Shown in pieces: positions 8,851 through 16,340 of a stretch of 54,277 bases of DNA (its first letter is position 1; every line of letters starts with the position of its first letter). A program made the translations under genes and the position numbers. The DNA is from Candidatus Nomurabacteria bacterium RIFCSPHIGHO2_01_FULL_41_71 (GTDB taxonomy: Bacteria > Patescibacteriota > Minisyncoccia > Phycocordibacterales > UBA9973), in assembly GCA_001785355.1 (NCBI GenBank), contig MFTQ01000020.1, positions 1 to 54,277 of the forward strand, given 5' to 3'. The notes below the pieces were generated by a model. The model did not search any database. It was not told the origin of the DNA and saw only the letters and a list, made by a program, of their open reading frames with translations.

Positions 8851-9828
8851 ATGAAACTCGCGCCGAAGATTGGCGCGAGGGTGGTGGTGGAGCCGGAGTG
8901 GGGTATTGTCGCGCAGATAATTTATAAAAATGGCGTAGTGCGGTCCTTGCGTATGTACTCGCTTGATTTGAATCATATCGCTTCTTCGGATATTGCAAAA
9001 GATAAAGATTATGCCAAATTTTTTATGCGAGAACGAGGATATCCTGTGGCTCCGGGTAAAACAATTTTCACGAATAATTGGGCGAAAATTGTCAAAAGCA
9101 ATCGAACCATTTCTTATGGCGTAAAATATGCAAAGAAGCTTGGTTATCCGGTTTTAATAAAACCCAACAGTAAAAGCCAGGGAATAGATGTTTTCCTCGC
9201 TTGGAATAAAAAGGAATTATATGCGGCCCTGGCTAAAATATTTCAGGGAGACAAAGTCGCAATAATTGAAAAATATTTGCCCGGGCGAGATTATAGAATA
9301 GTGGTACTGGACGACAAAATTATTTCCGCTTATGAGCGGATGCCATTGTCGGTGAAAGGCGATGGCAAAAATACCATATTAAAATTGCTTGAAGGAAAGA
9401 AGAAACTTTTCGATAAAGAGGAAAGAGATACAAATATAAATTTAAAAGATCCGAGGATAAAAAATAAGTTAAAGAGAGAGGGGTATAGCCTCAAGAGTGT
9501 TTTAGAAAAAGGTAAAAAAGTTTATCTCCTCCACAATGCCAATCTCTCCGCCGGCGGAGATTCCAAAGACGTCACGACAAAAATTCATCCTGGTTTTAAA
9601 AAAATTGCCATGGATATTACTAAAAAAATGGGATTACGGATCTGCGGGGTGGATATTATGGTAACGCACGGTGACATTACAAAAAATCCGAAAAATTGCA
9701 GTTATTACATAATTGAAATAAATTCTACTCCCGGGCTTGATCATTATGTGACTGTCGGCAGAAAACAGAAAAAGATCGTGGAGGATATGTATCTCGAAAT
9801 TCTCAAGGCACTTGGAAAGAAAGATTAA
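8851..9828 (+). CDS. ATP-grasp domain ligase (RimK/cyanophycin-synthetase-like)
   Basis: ATP-grasp motifs (VLIKPNSKSQGIDV, YRIVVLDDKII, YIIEINSTPGL). ATG at 8851 is preceded by AAAGG; the track start at 8815 is a TTG. Confidence 0.65.
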   Translation: MKLAPKIGARVVVEPEWGIVAQIIYKNGVVRSLRMYSLDLNHIASSDIAKDKDYAKFFMRERGYPVAPGKTIFTNNWAKIVKSNRTISYGVKYAKKLGYPVLIKPNSKSQGIDVFLAWNKKELYAALAKIFQGDKVAIIEKYLPGRDYRIVVLDDKIISAYERMPLSVKGDGKNTILKLLEGKKKLFDKEERDTNINLKDPRIKNKLKREGYSLKSVLEKGKKVYLLHNANLSAGGDSKDVTTKIHPGFKKIAMDITKKMGLRICGVDIMVTHGDITKNPKNCSYYIIEINSTPGLDHYVTVGRKQKKIVEDMYLEILKALGKKD

Positions 9829-9847
9829 AATTAGTATAATTTAAGCC

Positions 9848-10177
9848 ATGATAGATCTCAAAAAATTACAAAAAGAAGTAATGCAAAATAAGTTAGAGAA
9901 GGGGTTTAACACGACTGATATTGCGCTGGAGTTTTGTCGGGCACACGAAGAGCTTTCCGAAGCTTTTTCCAAATACAGTAAACGGCAACCAGGAGTAGCC
10001 GAAGAATTTGCCGATGTAGTGATATTCGTGCTCGGCATGTGCGAAACGCTCGGCTTTGATCTTGAGAAGGAACTCCTTCGAAAGATAGAAAAAAATAAAA
10101 AACGAAAATACAAAAAAGAAAAATCTCCGGACGGTAGCGACATATTCATCCGCATCAAAACCCCCGAGGATCCTTAA
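9848..10177 (+). CDS. MazG-like nucleotide pyrophosphohydrolase
   Basis: 109 aa all-alpha NTP-PPase motifs (EELSEA...EEFADVVIFVLGMCE). Confidence 0.65.
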   Translation: MIDLKKLQKEVMQNKLEKGFNTTDIALEFCRAHEELSEAFSKYSKRQPGVAEEFADVVIFVLGMCETLGFDLEKELLRKIEKNKKRKYKKEKSPDGSDIFIRIKTPEDP

Positions 10178-10185
10178 AAACACTT

Positions 10186-10219
10186 GTTTACTATTCTGAC
10201 GGCCGTCAGGATAGTAAAC
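10186..10219. terminator. bidirectional intrinsic terminator between convergent MazG-like gene and folA
   Basis: 17-bp stem GTTTACTATTCTGACGG/CCGTCAGGATAGTAAAC with one T-G pair; T runs on both strands. Confidence 0.6.
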
Positions 10220-10717
10220 TTATTTTTTTTCGTAGATTGAAAAAGTGTACGGAAGGGGATTTTTTTTGTCTGCTTGGTGTTCTTCGCGCGAGATTTCATT
10301 CCAGACGATTGGGATTATTTCCGGTAAAAAAGTGTCTGCTTTGTTGTCTTCCGCATCTATGTGGGTGATATAAAGCTTGTCGGCGATCGGCATAGTCTGT
10401 TTATAAATTTCCGCCCCGCCGATGATGAAAATTTCCTCATCTTGGGCGAGGGGGACCCTCGCTAATTTTAGTGCTTCTTCCAGTGAGTGTGTCACATCTA
10501 TGCCATAGCGTAGATAGTTTTTGTCTCTAGTGATAACTATATTTTTTCTATCTGGCAGTGGTTTGTTCAAAGATTCAAAAGTTTTTCGTCCCATAATCAC
10601 CGTGTGTCCGGATGTCTTGTTGCGAAAATATTTCTGGTCTGCCGGCAGACGCCAAACCAGGTCGTTGCCTTTACCCAACTCGTTATTTTTGCCGATAGCT
10701 GCGATTAAGGAAATCAT
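10220..10717 (-). CDS. folA: dihydrofolate reductase
   Basis: 165 aa with a canonical DHFR N-terminus (ISLIAAIGKNNELGKGNDLVWRLPADQKYF) and GGAEIY. Confidence 0.85.
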   Translation of the reverse strand: MISLIAAIGKNNELGKGNDLVWRLPADQKYFRNKTSGHTVIMGRKTFESLNKPLPDRKNIVITRDKNYLRYGIDVTHSLEEALKLARVPLAQDEEIFIIGGAEIYKQTMPIADKLYITHIDAEDNKADTFLPEIIPIVWNEISREEHQADKKNPLPYTFSIYEKK

Positions 10718-11547
10718 TTAATTATGTTGAGTCCCTCAATCGGACCGTCTGGTTGATAATGGGGAGTGAAAGTTTGATAAATTTCTTCTACCAGCTGCTC
10801 ATCCTTCCGCTCTGCCCGATCAAATACGTTTTGCGGGAGGACAGGGAAAATATTTTTGTGATTGTTTGTCCTTTTTATCAATTCCCGCGCACCATCATAG
10901 TGAATATCATAGATATGAGCGTTAGAAATCGTATGAGTATACATTCCGGGCTTCACTCCGAGCTTCTGCGCCAAAATGCACATCATAAGCGCAAAGCCAA
11001 AAGTATCAAACGGGCATCCCAGCATCATGTCGTTGGACCTTATGATGTTGTGGAGATGCAGGCGTCCACCGATAATATTTATGGTAAAGGCGAAAGGGCA
11101 AGGCACGTTCTTTTTTGCAGTGCCGCCCGGACCGTCATCATTCGGGTCCCAAGTTATAACTACCGCGTGCCGAGAGCTTGGGTCTTCACTCAATAGGTTT
11201 ATAATATTGTCTATCTGGTTTCTTTTGAAATGATGTTTCCAGCGATAGCCGTAAGCGGAGGTGATGGTGCCGTCCGGTTCAATAAATTCATCCCACATTT
11301 TCGTGTATTTTCTCAAAAAATCAGTGTTTTTATCTCCGCTTAAAAACCACACTTGTTCCGCGATGGGTGATTTAATTGGGTTTTTTCTTAAAGTCAGAAC
11401 GGGGAAGCCGTCTTTTTCAATATCAATCTGGAAGGTGATTCCCGGCAGAGCTCTGGTCTTGTGGCCGGTTCTTACGTTTAGTTCTTCTACGCCTTCTTCC
11501 ATTATTTTCTTTAGGATGCCTTGGTAGATTGTATCAAAAGATGTCAT
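10714..11547 (-). CDS. thyA: thymidylate synthase (ThyA family)
   Basis: 277 aa. ThyA fold with catalytic Cys context (VPCPFAF) and RSNDMMLGCPFD; overlaps folA by 4 nt. Confidence 0.8.
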   Translation of the reverse strand: MTSFDTIYQGILKKIMEEGVEELNVRTGHKTRALPGITFQIDIEKDGFPVLTLRKNPIKSPIAEQVWFLSGDKNTDFLRKYTKMWDEFIEPDGTITSAYGYRWKHHFKRNQIDNIINLLSEDPSSRHAVVITWDPNDDGPGGTAKKNVPCPFAFTINIIGGRLHLHNIIRSNDMMLGCPFDTFGFALMMCILAQKLGVKPGMYTHTISNAHIYDIHYDGARELIKRTNNHKNIFPVLPQNVFDRAERKDEQLVEEIYQTFTPHYQPDGPIEGLNIIK

Positions 11548-11570
11548 GTAGTAGAGTATACAATATAATT

Positions 11571-12065
11571 ATGAAAACAAAAGATATCAGCCATACCCCC
11601 CCTTATGTCCCTATAGGACGAAATATTTTATATGTACCGCCAACTAATAAGTATATTGTAGAAGCCAAAGAGCATGCAAAAAAATATTCGTTAGACAAAG
11701 AAATGCCCAATACTAGCGTGATTGTTAAAGACGGAAAAATAATTGGACGAGGAGCCAACGGCAGTACTTACCACGACACTCATGAATGTGAACGCGTAAA
11801 ACGAAATATTCCAACTGGGCAAGGCTACGAACTCTGTGAAGGCTGTCATCCTAAAAATCATGGCGAGTCCCGCGCAATTAAAAATGCAAAAGATGCGGGA
11901 CATAACCCGAAGGGGGCAGACCTGTATATGTGGGGCCACTGGTGGTGCTGTAAACCTTGTTGGGAGGCAATGATTTCTGCCGGCATAAAAAATGTTTATC
12001 TATTAGAAAACAGCGAAATACTTTTTAATAAAAAAGACCCCGATAATATAATCGGAAATAATTGA
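11571..12065 (+). CDS. dCMP/cytidine deaminase family zinc enzyme
   Basis: HGE...CKPC zinc motifs. Start moved to the ATG at 11571, because the track start overlaps the thyA start region. Confidence 0.7.
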   Translation: MKTKDISHTPPYVPIGRNILYVPPTNKYIVEAKEHAKKYSLDKEMPNTSVIVKDGKIIGRGANGSTYHDTHECERVKRNIPTGQGYELCEGCHPKNHGESRAIKNAKDAGHNPKGADLYMWGHWWCCKPCWEAMISAGIKNVYLLENSEILFNKKDPDNIIGNN

Positions 12066-12081
12066 AAAAACTCTGGAGACA

Positions 12082-12110
12082 TTGACAAGTTAATCTATAG
12101 ATGCTAATGT
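12082..12110 (+). promoter_or_regulatory. sigma70-like promoter TTGACA-N17-TAATGT
   Basis: TTGACA at 12082-12087 and TAATGT at 12105-12110, upstream of the helicase gene. Confidence 0.5.
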
Positions 12111-12153
12111 TCAATCATCATTCTCACTAATTACATATTGGGAGTGACCCATT

Positions 12154-13392
12154 ATGTACACACGTTATTCGGGGGATCCGAACAAATTCGGACGACCTAA
12201 GTTTGTCCACAAAGCAAAGCCCCATTTTGGTGGCAGAAAGCCTACATTTAATAGAAACAGCAAAAGATCCCGAGGCGAGCGGATTGATTTTTCTCGTTTC
12301 ATAAAGAAAGGAACTTATACTGAAGAAGCGCCTTATGTTTCCAAACACACTTTCGCTAATTTTTCTTTTAATCCGCAACTACATAAAAATATTACAACGG
12401 CAGGATTTATTCATCCTCGACCCATTCAGGACCAAGCGATACCTTCTGTGATGGAAGGTAAGGATGTTTTCGGCATGGCCAATACGGGCACGGGGAAAAC
12501 TGCGGCTTTTCTTTTGCCTTTGATAGAAAAAATAGTTAGAACAAGAGGCAAAAATATGAGGGAAAAAGTTTTAATAATGGCGCCAACTCGCGAGCTGGCC
12601 CTGCAGATAGAGAGCGATTTTAAAAAACTTGCTTTTGGATTCGGAATGTTTTCAGTGGCTTGTGTCGGAGGACTTCCAATAATGAAGCAAATTAGGGAAA
12701 TAAAAATGGGAGTTTCGTTCATCATCGGTACCCCTGGGAGACTGCGCGATTTGATTGATAAAAAAGTTTTGGATCTCTCTACATGTCATTCGGTAGTTCT
12801 AGACGAAGCTGACAGAATGCTTGATATGGGATTCAGAGACGATATGGTGTACATAATCGGCAAAACTTCTAAAGAACGCCAGACACTTTTCTTCTCGGCG
12901 ACACTTTCGCCGGAGATTAAAAAATTAACAACTCAATTTTTGAAAGACCCCATTTTTATTTCCGTAATTACGGGCGTTACCCTAAAAAATATCGACCAAG
13001 ATGTTATTCGCATTCGAAGCAAAGAAGAAAAATTATCTAAATTGCATGAGGTTTTAAAAAAAGACGGTTCAGATAAAGTTTTGATTTTCCGTGAGATGAA
13101 GCATAGCGTGGACGGCCTCACCAAAGAGCTTTCTCAATTTGGGTTCAAGGTCGGCGCAATTCATGGAGATAAGCGAAGTCGAGAACGTATTCGCATTCTT
13201 GATTCTTTCAAACAAAACAAGATAAATATTCTGATAGCGACCGATGTGGCAGCCAGAGGCCTCGACATTCCGGACGTTACCCATGTCATCAATTACGATG
13301 TCCCCCAAACCTACGACACCTATATTCACCGCATCGGCCGCACCGGCCGAAGCGGCAAAAAGGGAACAGCCCTCACCTTTGTGCCTGCTTAG
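12154..13392 (+). CDS. DEAD-box ATP-dependent RNA helicase with basic N-terminal extension
   Basis: Q motif, Walker A (ANTGTGKTAAF), DEAD (VLDEADRML), SAT and HRIGRTGR motifs. Confidence 0.9.
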   Translation: MYTRYSGDPNKFGRPKFVHKAKPHFGGRKPTFNRNSKRSRGERIDFSRFIKKGTYTEEAPYVSKHTFANFSFNPQLHKNITTAGFIHPRPIQDQAIPSVMEGKDVFGMANTGTGKTAAFLLPLIEKIVRTRGKNMREKVLIMAPTRELALQIESDFKKLAFGFGMFSVACVGGLPIMKQIREIKMGVSFIIGTPGRLRDLIDKKVLDLSTCHSVVLDEADRMLDMGFRDDMVYIIGKTSKERQTLFFSATLSPEIKKLTTQFLKDPIFISVITGVTLKNIDQDVIRIRSKEEKLSKLHEVLKKDGSDKVLIFREMKHSVDGLTKELSQFGFKVGAIHGDKRSRERIRILDSFKQNKINILIATDVAARGLDIPDVTHVINYDVPQTYDTYIHRIGRTGRSGKKGTALTFVPA

Positions 13393-13427
13393 ATCAATCC
13401 AGCTTTGAAGAGCGTGGCATAGGCACC
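13389..13427 (-). pseudogene. relic 3' end of rpmB (L28), diverged duplicate of 14361-14399
   Basis: Minus-strand reading GGT GCC TAT GCC ACG CTC TTC AAA GCT GGA TTG ATC TAA (GAYATLFKAGLI*) compared with functional GGC GCC TAC GCC ACA CTC CTC AAA GCT GAA TTG ATA (GAYATLLKAELI). Differences are mostly at third positions. Confidence 0.6.
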
Positions 13428-13461
13428 GCACTCGTCTTTCTTCTTATTAGATATCACATTG

Positions 13462-13487
13462 CACATTTAAACGGCCGTCTAAATGTG
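13462..13487. repeat. palindrome CACATTTA-AACGGCCGTC-TAAATGTG overlapping the promoter of the PaaX-like gene A (operator candidate)
   Basis: 8-bp arms. The same 10-nt centre recurs at 13999-14026 with a compensatory arm change. Confidence 0.75.
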
Positions 13488-13500
13488 GTATACTATAAAG

Positions 13501-13989
13501 ATGCATAAACATTGGACTGATGAGGCCTCTTTTAGCGATTTTATCATTAGCCATTTATTATCCTGTGGTTCACTTAGAATTCAAAAGCAGGTACTTTATG
13601 AATTGATATGCAAAAAAAGGGAGCTGAATAAACAACTATTCAACAATAATCTACATCGGCTTCGAAAGAAAGGCATATTAAATTATTCTTCTAAAAAAGA
13701 TATTGTCATCAATAAAAGCGCCCTAAGAGCCCATACGCTTTTTTCAAAAATAAGAACAAAGCCGACAGGGGACACTAAAGTCATGGTTTTGTTTGATATT
13801 CCAGAAAAGAAAAGAAAAACCAGAAACTGGCTTCGTTCACAGTTAAAATTATGGGATTTTGAAATGTTACAACAAAGTGTTTGGCTTGGAAAAGGTCCTT
13901 TACTAAAAGAATTCACCGTTCGCCTTCGTTTACTTGACGTTCATAAAGGCGTAAAAATATTTAAAATTCAAAATGTCCGAAAGATGTAA
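13501..13989 (+). CDS. PaaX-like/Cas2-fold winged-helix regulator, paralog A
   Basis: C-terminal VMVLFDIPEKKRKTRNWLRSQLKLWDFEMLQQSVWL matches the PaaX/Cas2-like ferredoxin-fold pattern. Start set to the ATG at 13501, 6 nt after TGgTATACT. Confidence 0.55.
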   Translation: MHKHWTDEASFSDFIISHLLSCGSLRIQKQVLYELICKKRELNKQLFNNNLHRLRKKGILNYSSKKDIVINKSALRAHTLFSKIRTKPTGDTKVMVLFDIPEKKRKTRNWLRSQLKLWDFEMLQQSVWLGKGPLLKEFTVRLRLLDVHKGVKIFKIQNVRKM

Positions 13990-13998
13990 AAATACATA

Positions 13999-14026
13999 CC
14001 ACTTTTAAACGGCCGTCTAAAAGTGG
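13999..14026. repeat. palindrome CCACTTTTA-AACGGCCGTC-TAAAAGTGG downstream of gene A
   Basis: 9-bp arms with a centre identical to 13462-13487. The A-to-T change in the left arm is matched by T-to-A in the right arm. Confidence 0.75.
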
Positions 14027-14104
14027 TGTGGTTGTTATTTTAACAAAATATAACACTATTCAATTAAGTAAACTTAACCCTCATCAGGATAGTCTCTAAG
14101 AAAA

Positions 14105-14350
14105 CTATTTTTTAAAAAATAGAAAATCTATTAAAGTTTGCCTCGCGGAGGTAGTGCTCACGTCTGTAGTATCTAAAGAAGTTTCCGGTTCAATATCATA
14201 TCTACTTTTTATGTAAAACTTAAACCACTCTCTAAATTCATCATCGGTAATCTCTTTTGGATTTAGGGCATTTAAATCTACATATTCGTTTCCCCGTTTT
14301 ATACGAATCGGTAGTTCTCTGTTTGGTTTTCTAAAATCTTCCGGTTTCAT
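14105..14350 (-). CDS. hypothetical protein (81 aa)
   Basis: ORF lies 4 nt downstream of rpmB on the same strand; no motif recognised. Confidence 0.45.
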   Translation of the reverse strand: MKPEDFRKPNRELPIRIKRGNEYVDLNALNPKEITDDEFREWFKFYIKSRYDIEPETSLDTTDVSTTSARQTLIDFLFFKK

Positions 14351-14354
14351 ATCT

Positions 14355-14603
14355 TTAAGCCTTTATCAATTCAGCTTTGAGGAGTGTGGCGTAGGCGCCG
14401 CGTTTTTTTATGGTGCGGAGGCCACGAGTTGAAACTTCAATATTTATTGATTTATTGAGCTCCGGAATAAAAATTTTCTTTTTCTGAAGATTCGGATACT
14501 TCCTTGCCTTGCCGGTAGGATTAAATTTTGTGGCGCGAGTGCGGTTGGAATATCCACCTCCCACTATCGAACCTTTATTTGAAATGACGCATATTTTTAC
14601 CAT
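14355..14603 (-). CDS. rpmB: 50S ribosomal protein L28
   Basis: 82 aa with an L28 pattern (YSNRTRATKFNPT...PNLQKKKIFIPE...VSTRGLRTIKKRG). Confidence 0.85.
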   Translation of the reverse strand: MVKICVISNKGSIVGGGYSNRTRATKFNPTGKARKYPNLQKKKIFIPELNKSINIEVSTRGLRTIKKRGAYATLLKAELIKA

Positions 14604-14631
14604 AATTTTTTTATGTTATCATAGAAACTAT

Positions 14632-15252
14632 ATGAACGCAATCGATACGATTTTTTATGTTTTGGTTCTTTTGTTCTCTATTGTGATACATGAAGTGTCG
14701 CACGGATTTATGGCGGAATATTTCGGAGACAATACTGCCAGGAACGCGGGAAGACTTACTCTTAATCCAATAAGACACCTTGACCTTTTTGGATCGGTAA
14801 TTTTGCCGATTATTCTGATAGTTGTCCGAGCGCCATTTTTATTCGGCTGGGCCAAACCAGTGCCCTATAATCCGGATAATTTGCGTAATTTAAGATGGGG
14901 AACCTTTTTTGTGGCTTTCGCCGGGGTGCTTTCCAATATTTTTTTAGCATTGGTGTTTGGCTTGATAATACGATTTTCTTTTAATTTTTCTCTGTCAGAG
15001 AATTTTTATTTTGTTACTTCTACCATCGTTTTGGTAAATCTGGCTTTGGCGATATTTAACCTTGTGCCTATTCCGCCGCTTGACGGTTCTAAGATCCTTT
15101 TTTCTCTCTTGCCAGGTCAAGCTTCTGCTTTTCAGAAATTTATGGAACGGTATGGGTTTGCCCTACTTTTATTTTTTATCGCCTTTTTTTCCGAATATTT
15201 GTTTCCGATTATTTCTTTTCTCTATATTGCGTTTACCGGCCTTGCCATTTAG
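14632..15252 (+). CDS. site-2 protease family (M50) zinc metalloprotease
   Basis: HEVSHG (HExxH) in TM1, NLVPIPPLDGS motif, multi-pass membrane protein. Start moved to the ATG at 14632 to clear rpmB. Confidence 0.8.
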   Translation: MNAIDTIFYVLVLLFSIVIHEVSHGFMAEYFGDNTARNAGRLTLNPIRHLDLFGSVILPIILIVVRAPFLFGWAKPVPYNPDNLRNLRWGTFFVAFAGVLSNIFLALVFGLIIRFSFNFSLSENFYFVTSTIVLVNLALAIFNLVPIPPLDGSKILFSLLPGQASAFQKFMERYGFALLLFFIAFFSEYLFPIISFLYIAFTGLAI

Positions 15253-15316
15253 AAAGTTTTATAGTACATTGTCCCCATAGTCCTATTGGGGCTATTTTGT
15301 TTCTTTGGCAAAATTT

Positions 15317-15730
15317 ATGCCCACAATCAATCAATTAATCAAAAAAAAGAGAGTGAAAATGCACGCCAAGCATAAAACGGTGGCGCTTGCTCGTGGCTTT
15401 AATGTTCTCAAAAATCGTCCCGTGTATTTCCCGGCGCCCTTCAAGCGTGGGGTGTGCACCAAGGTGACCACCACCACTCCTAAAAAGCCCAACTCCGCCC
15501 TGCGAAAAATTGCGAGGGTTCGCCTTACCAACGGCATGGAGGTAACCGCTTACATTCCCGGCGAAGGACATAATTTACAAGAACATTCGGTGGTAATGCT
15601 TCGAGGGGGTCGTGTGAAAGATTTGATCGGAGTGCGGTATCATATCGTTCGTGGAGTTCTTGATACTCAAGGAGTAGAGAAGAGACGTCAAGGACGGTCA
15701 CTTTATGGAAATAAAAAACCAAAAAAATAA
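15317..15730 (+). CDS. rpsL: 30S ribosomal protein S12
   Basis: Starts [12 protein letters not shown]; [10 protein letters not shown] motif. Confidence 0.95.
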   Translation: MPTINQLIKKKRVKMHAKHKTVALARGFNVLKNRPVYFPAPFKRGVCTKVTTTTPKKPNSALRKIARVRLTNGMEVTAYIPGEGHNLQEHSVVMLRGGRVKDLIGVRYHIVRGVLDTQGVEKRRQGRSLYGNKKPKK

Positions 15731-15754
15731 TTTTTAATTTCTGATTTCTAAAAA

Positions 15755-16225
15755 ATGCGAAGAAAAATAAAAAATAAAAACGAAATAAGCCCCGATTTTA
15801 TGTACAACTCCGAGAAATTGGAGAAATTTATCAATTACATCATGTGGTCAGGGAAGAAAGAAACCGCCCGAAAGGTAATGTATCGAGCTTTTGACATTAT
15901 CAAAGAAAAAACCGGCAACCCTAACCCGCTTGAAGTTTTTGATCTGGCGCTCCGGAATGCCGGTCCTGCTACCGAAGTAAGGTCCAAGCGTATCGGAGGC
16001 GCCAATTATCAAGTACCGAGAGAGGTAAGGGCGGAACGAAGGCTTGCGCTTGCCATGCGCTGGATTCGGGATGCCGCTCGCGGAGGCAAAGCCCGCCCGA
16101 TGCACCAAAAACTTGCCGATGAAATAATCGCCGCCTCAAACAACGAGGGTTCCGCAATAAAGAAGAAAGAAGATACCCATAAAATGGCCGAGGCCAACAA
16201 GGCCTTTGCGCATTTTGCGTGGTGA
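15755..16225 (+). CDS. rpsG: 30S ribosomal protein S7
   Basis: 156 aa with clear S7 sequence (VRSKRIGGANYQVPREV). Confidence 0.95.
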   Translation: MRRKIKNKNEISPDFMYNSEKLEKFINYIMWSGKKETARKVMYRAFDIIKEKTGNPNPLEVFDLALRNAGPATEVRSKRIGGANYQVPREVRAERRLALAMRWIRDAARGGKARPMHQKLADEIIAASNNEGSAIKKKEDTHKMAEANKAFAHFAW

Positions 16226-16242
16226 TTAACTAGCAAGTAACT

Positions 16243-16269
16243 AGCAAGGACCGTCCTTGCTGATTTTTT
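16243..16269 (+). terminator. intrinsic terminator candidate after rpsG
   Basis: AGCAAGG-ACCGT-CCTTGCT followed by GATTTTTT. Confidence 0.5.
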
Positions 16270-16340
16270 ATATATAAAAAACTATTGCAATGAATAAGTT
16301 TTTGGTGTATATTATTTCCAGCGCTTCCAGCGCTTTTTTT

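Noticed and set aside
9848-12065. The MazG-like, folA, thyA and dCMP deaminase cluster considered as a possible phage-derived nucleotide-modification module.
   Set aside because: The set is the ordinary dTMP synthesis pathway, with canonical motifs and no flanking mobile signatures. It is treated as housekeeping.
13470-13480. GCCGTCTAAA resembles the Neisseria DNA uptake sequence GCCGTCTGAA.
   Set aside because: It is a one-off resemblance in an unrelated lineage. It is explained better as the centre of a local palindrome family.
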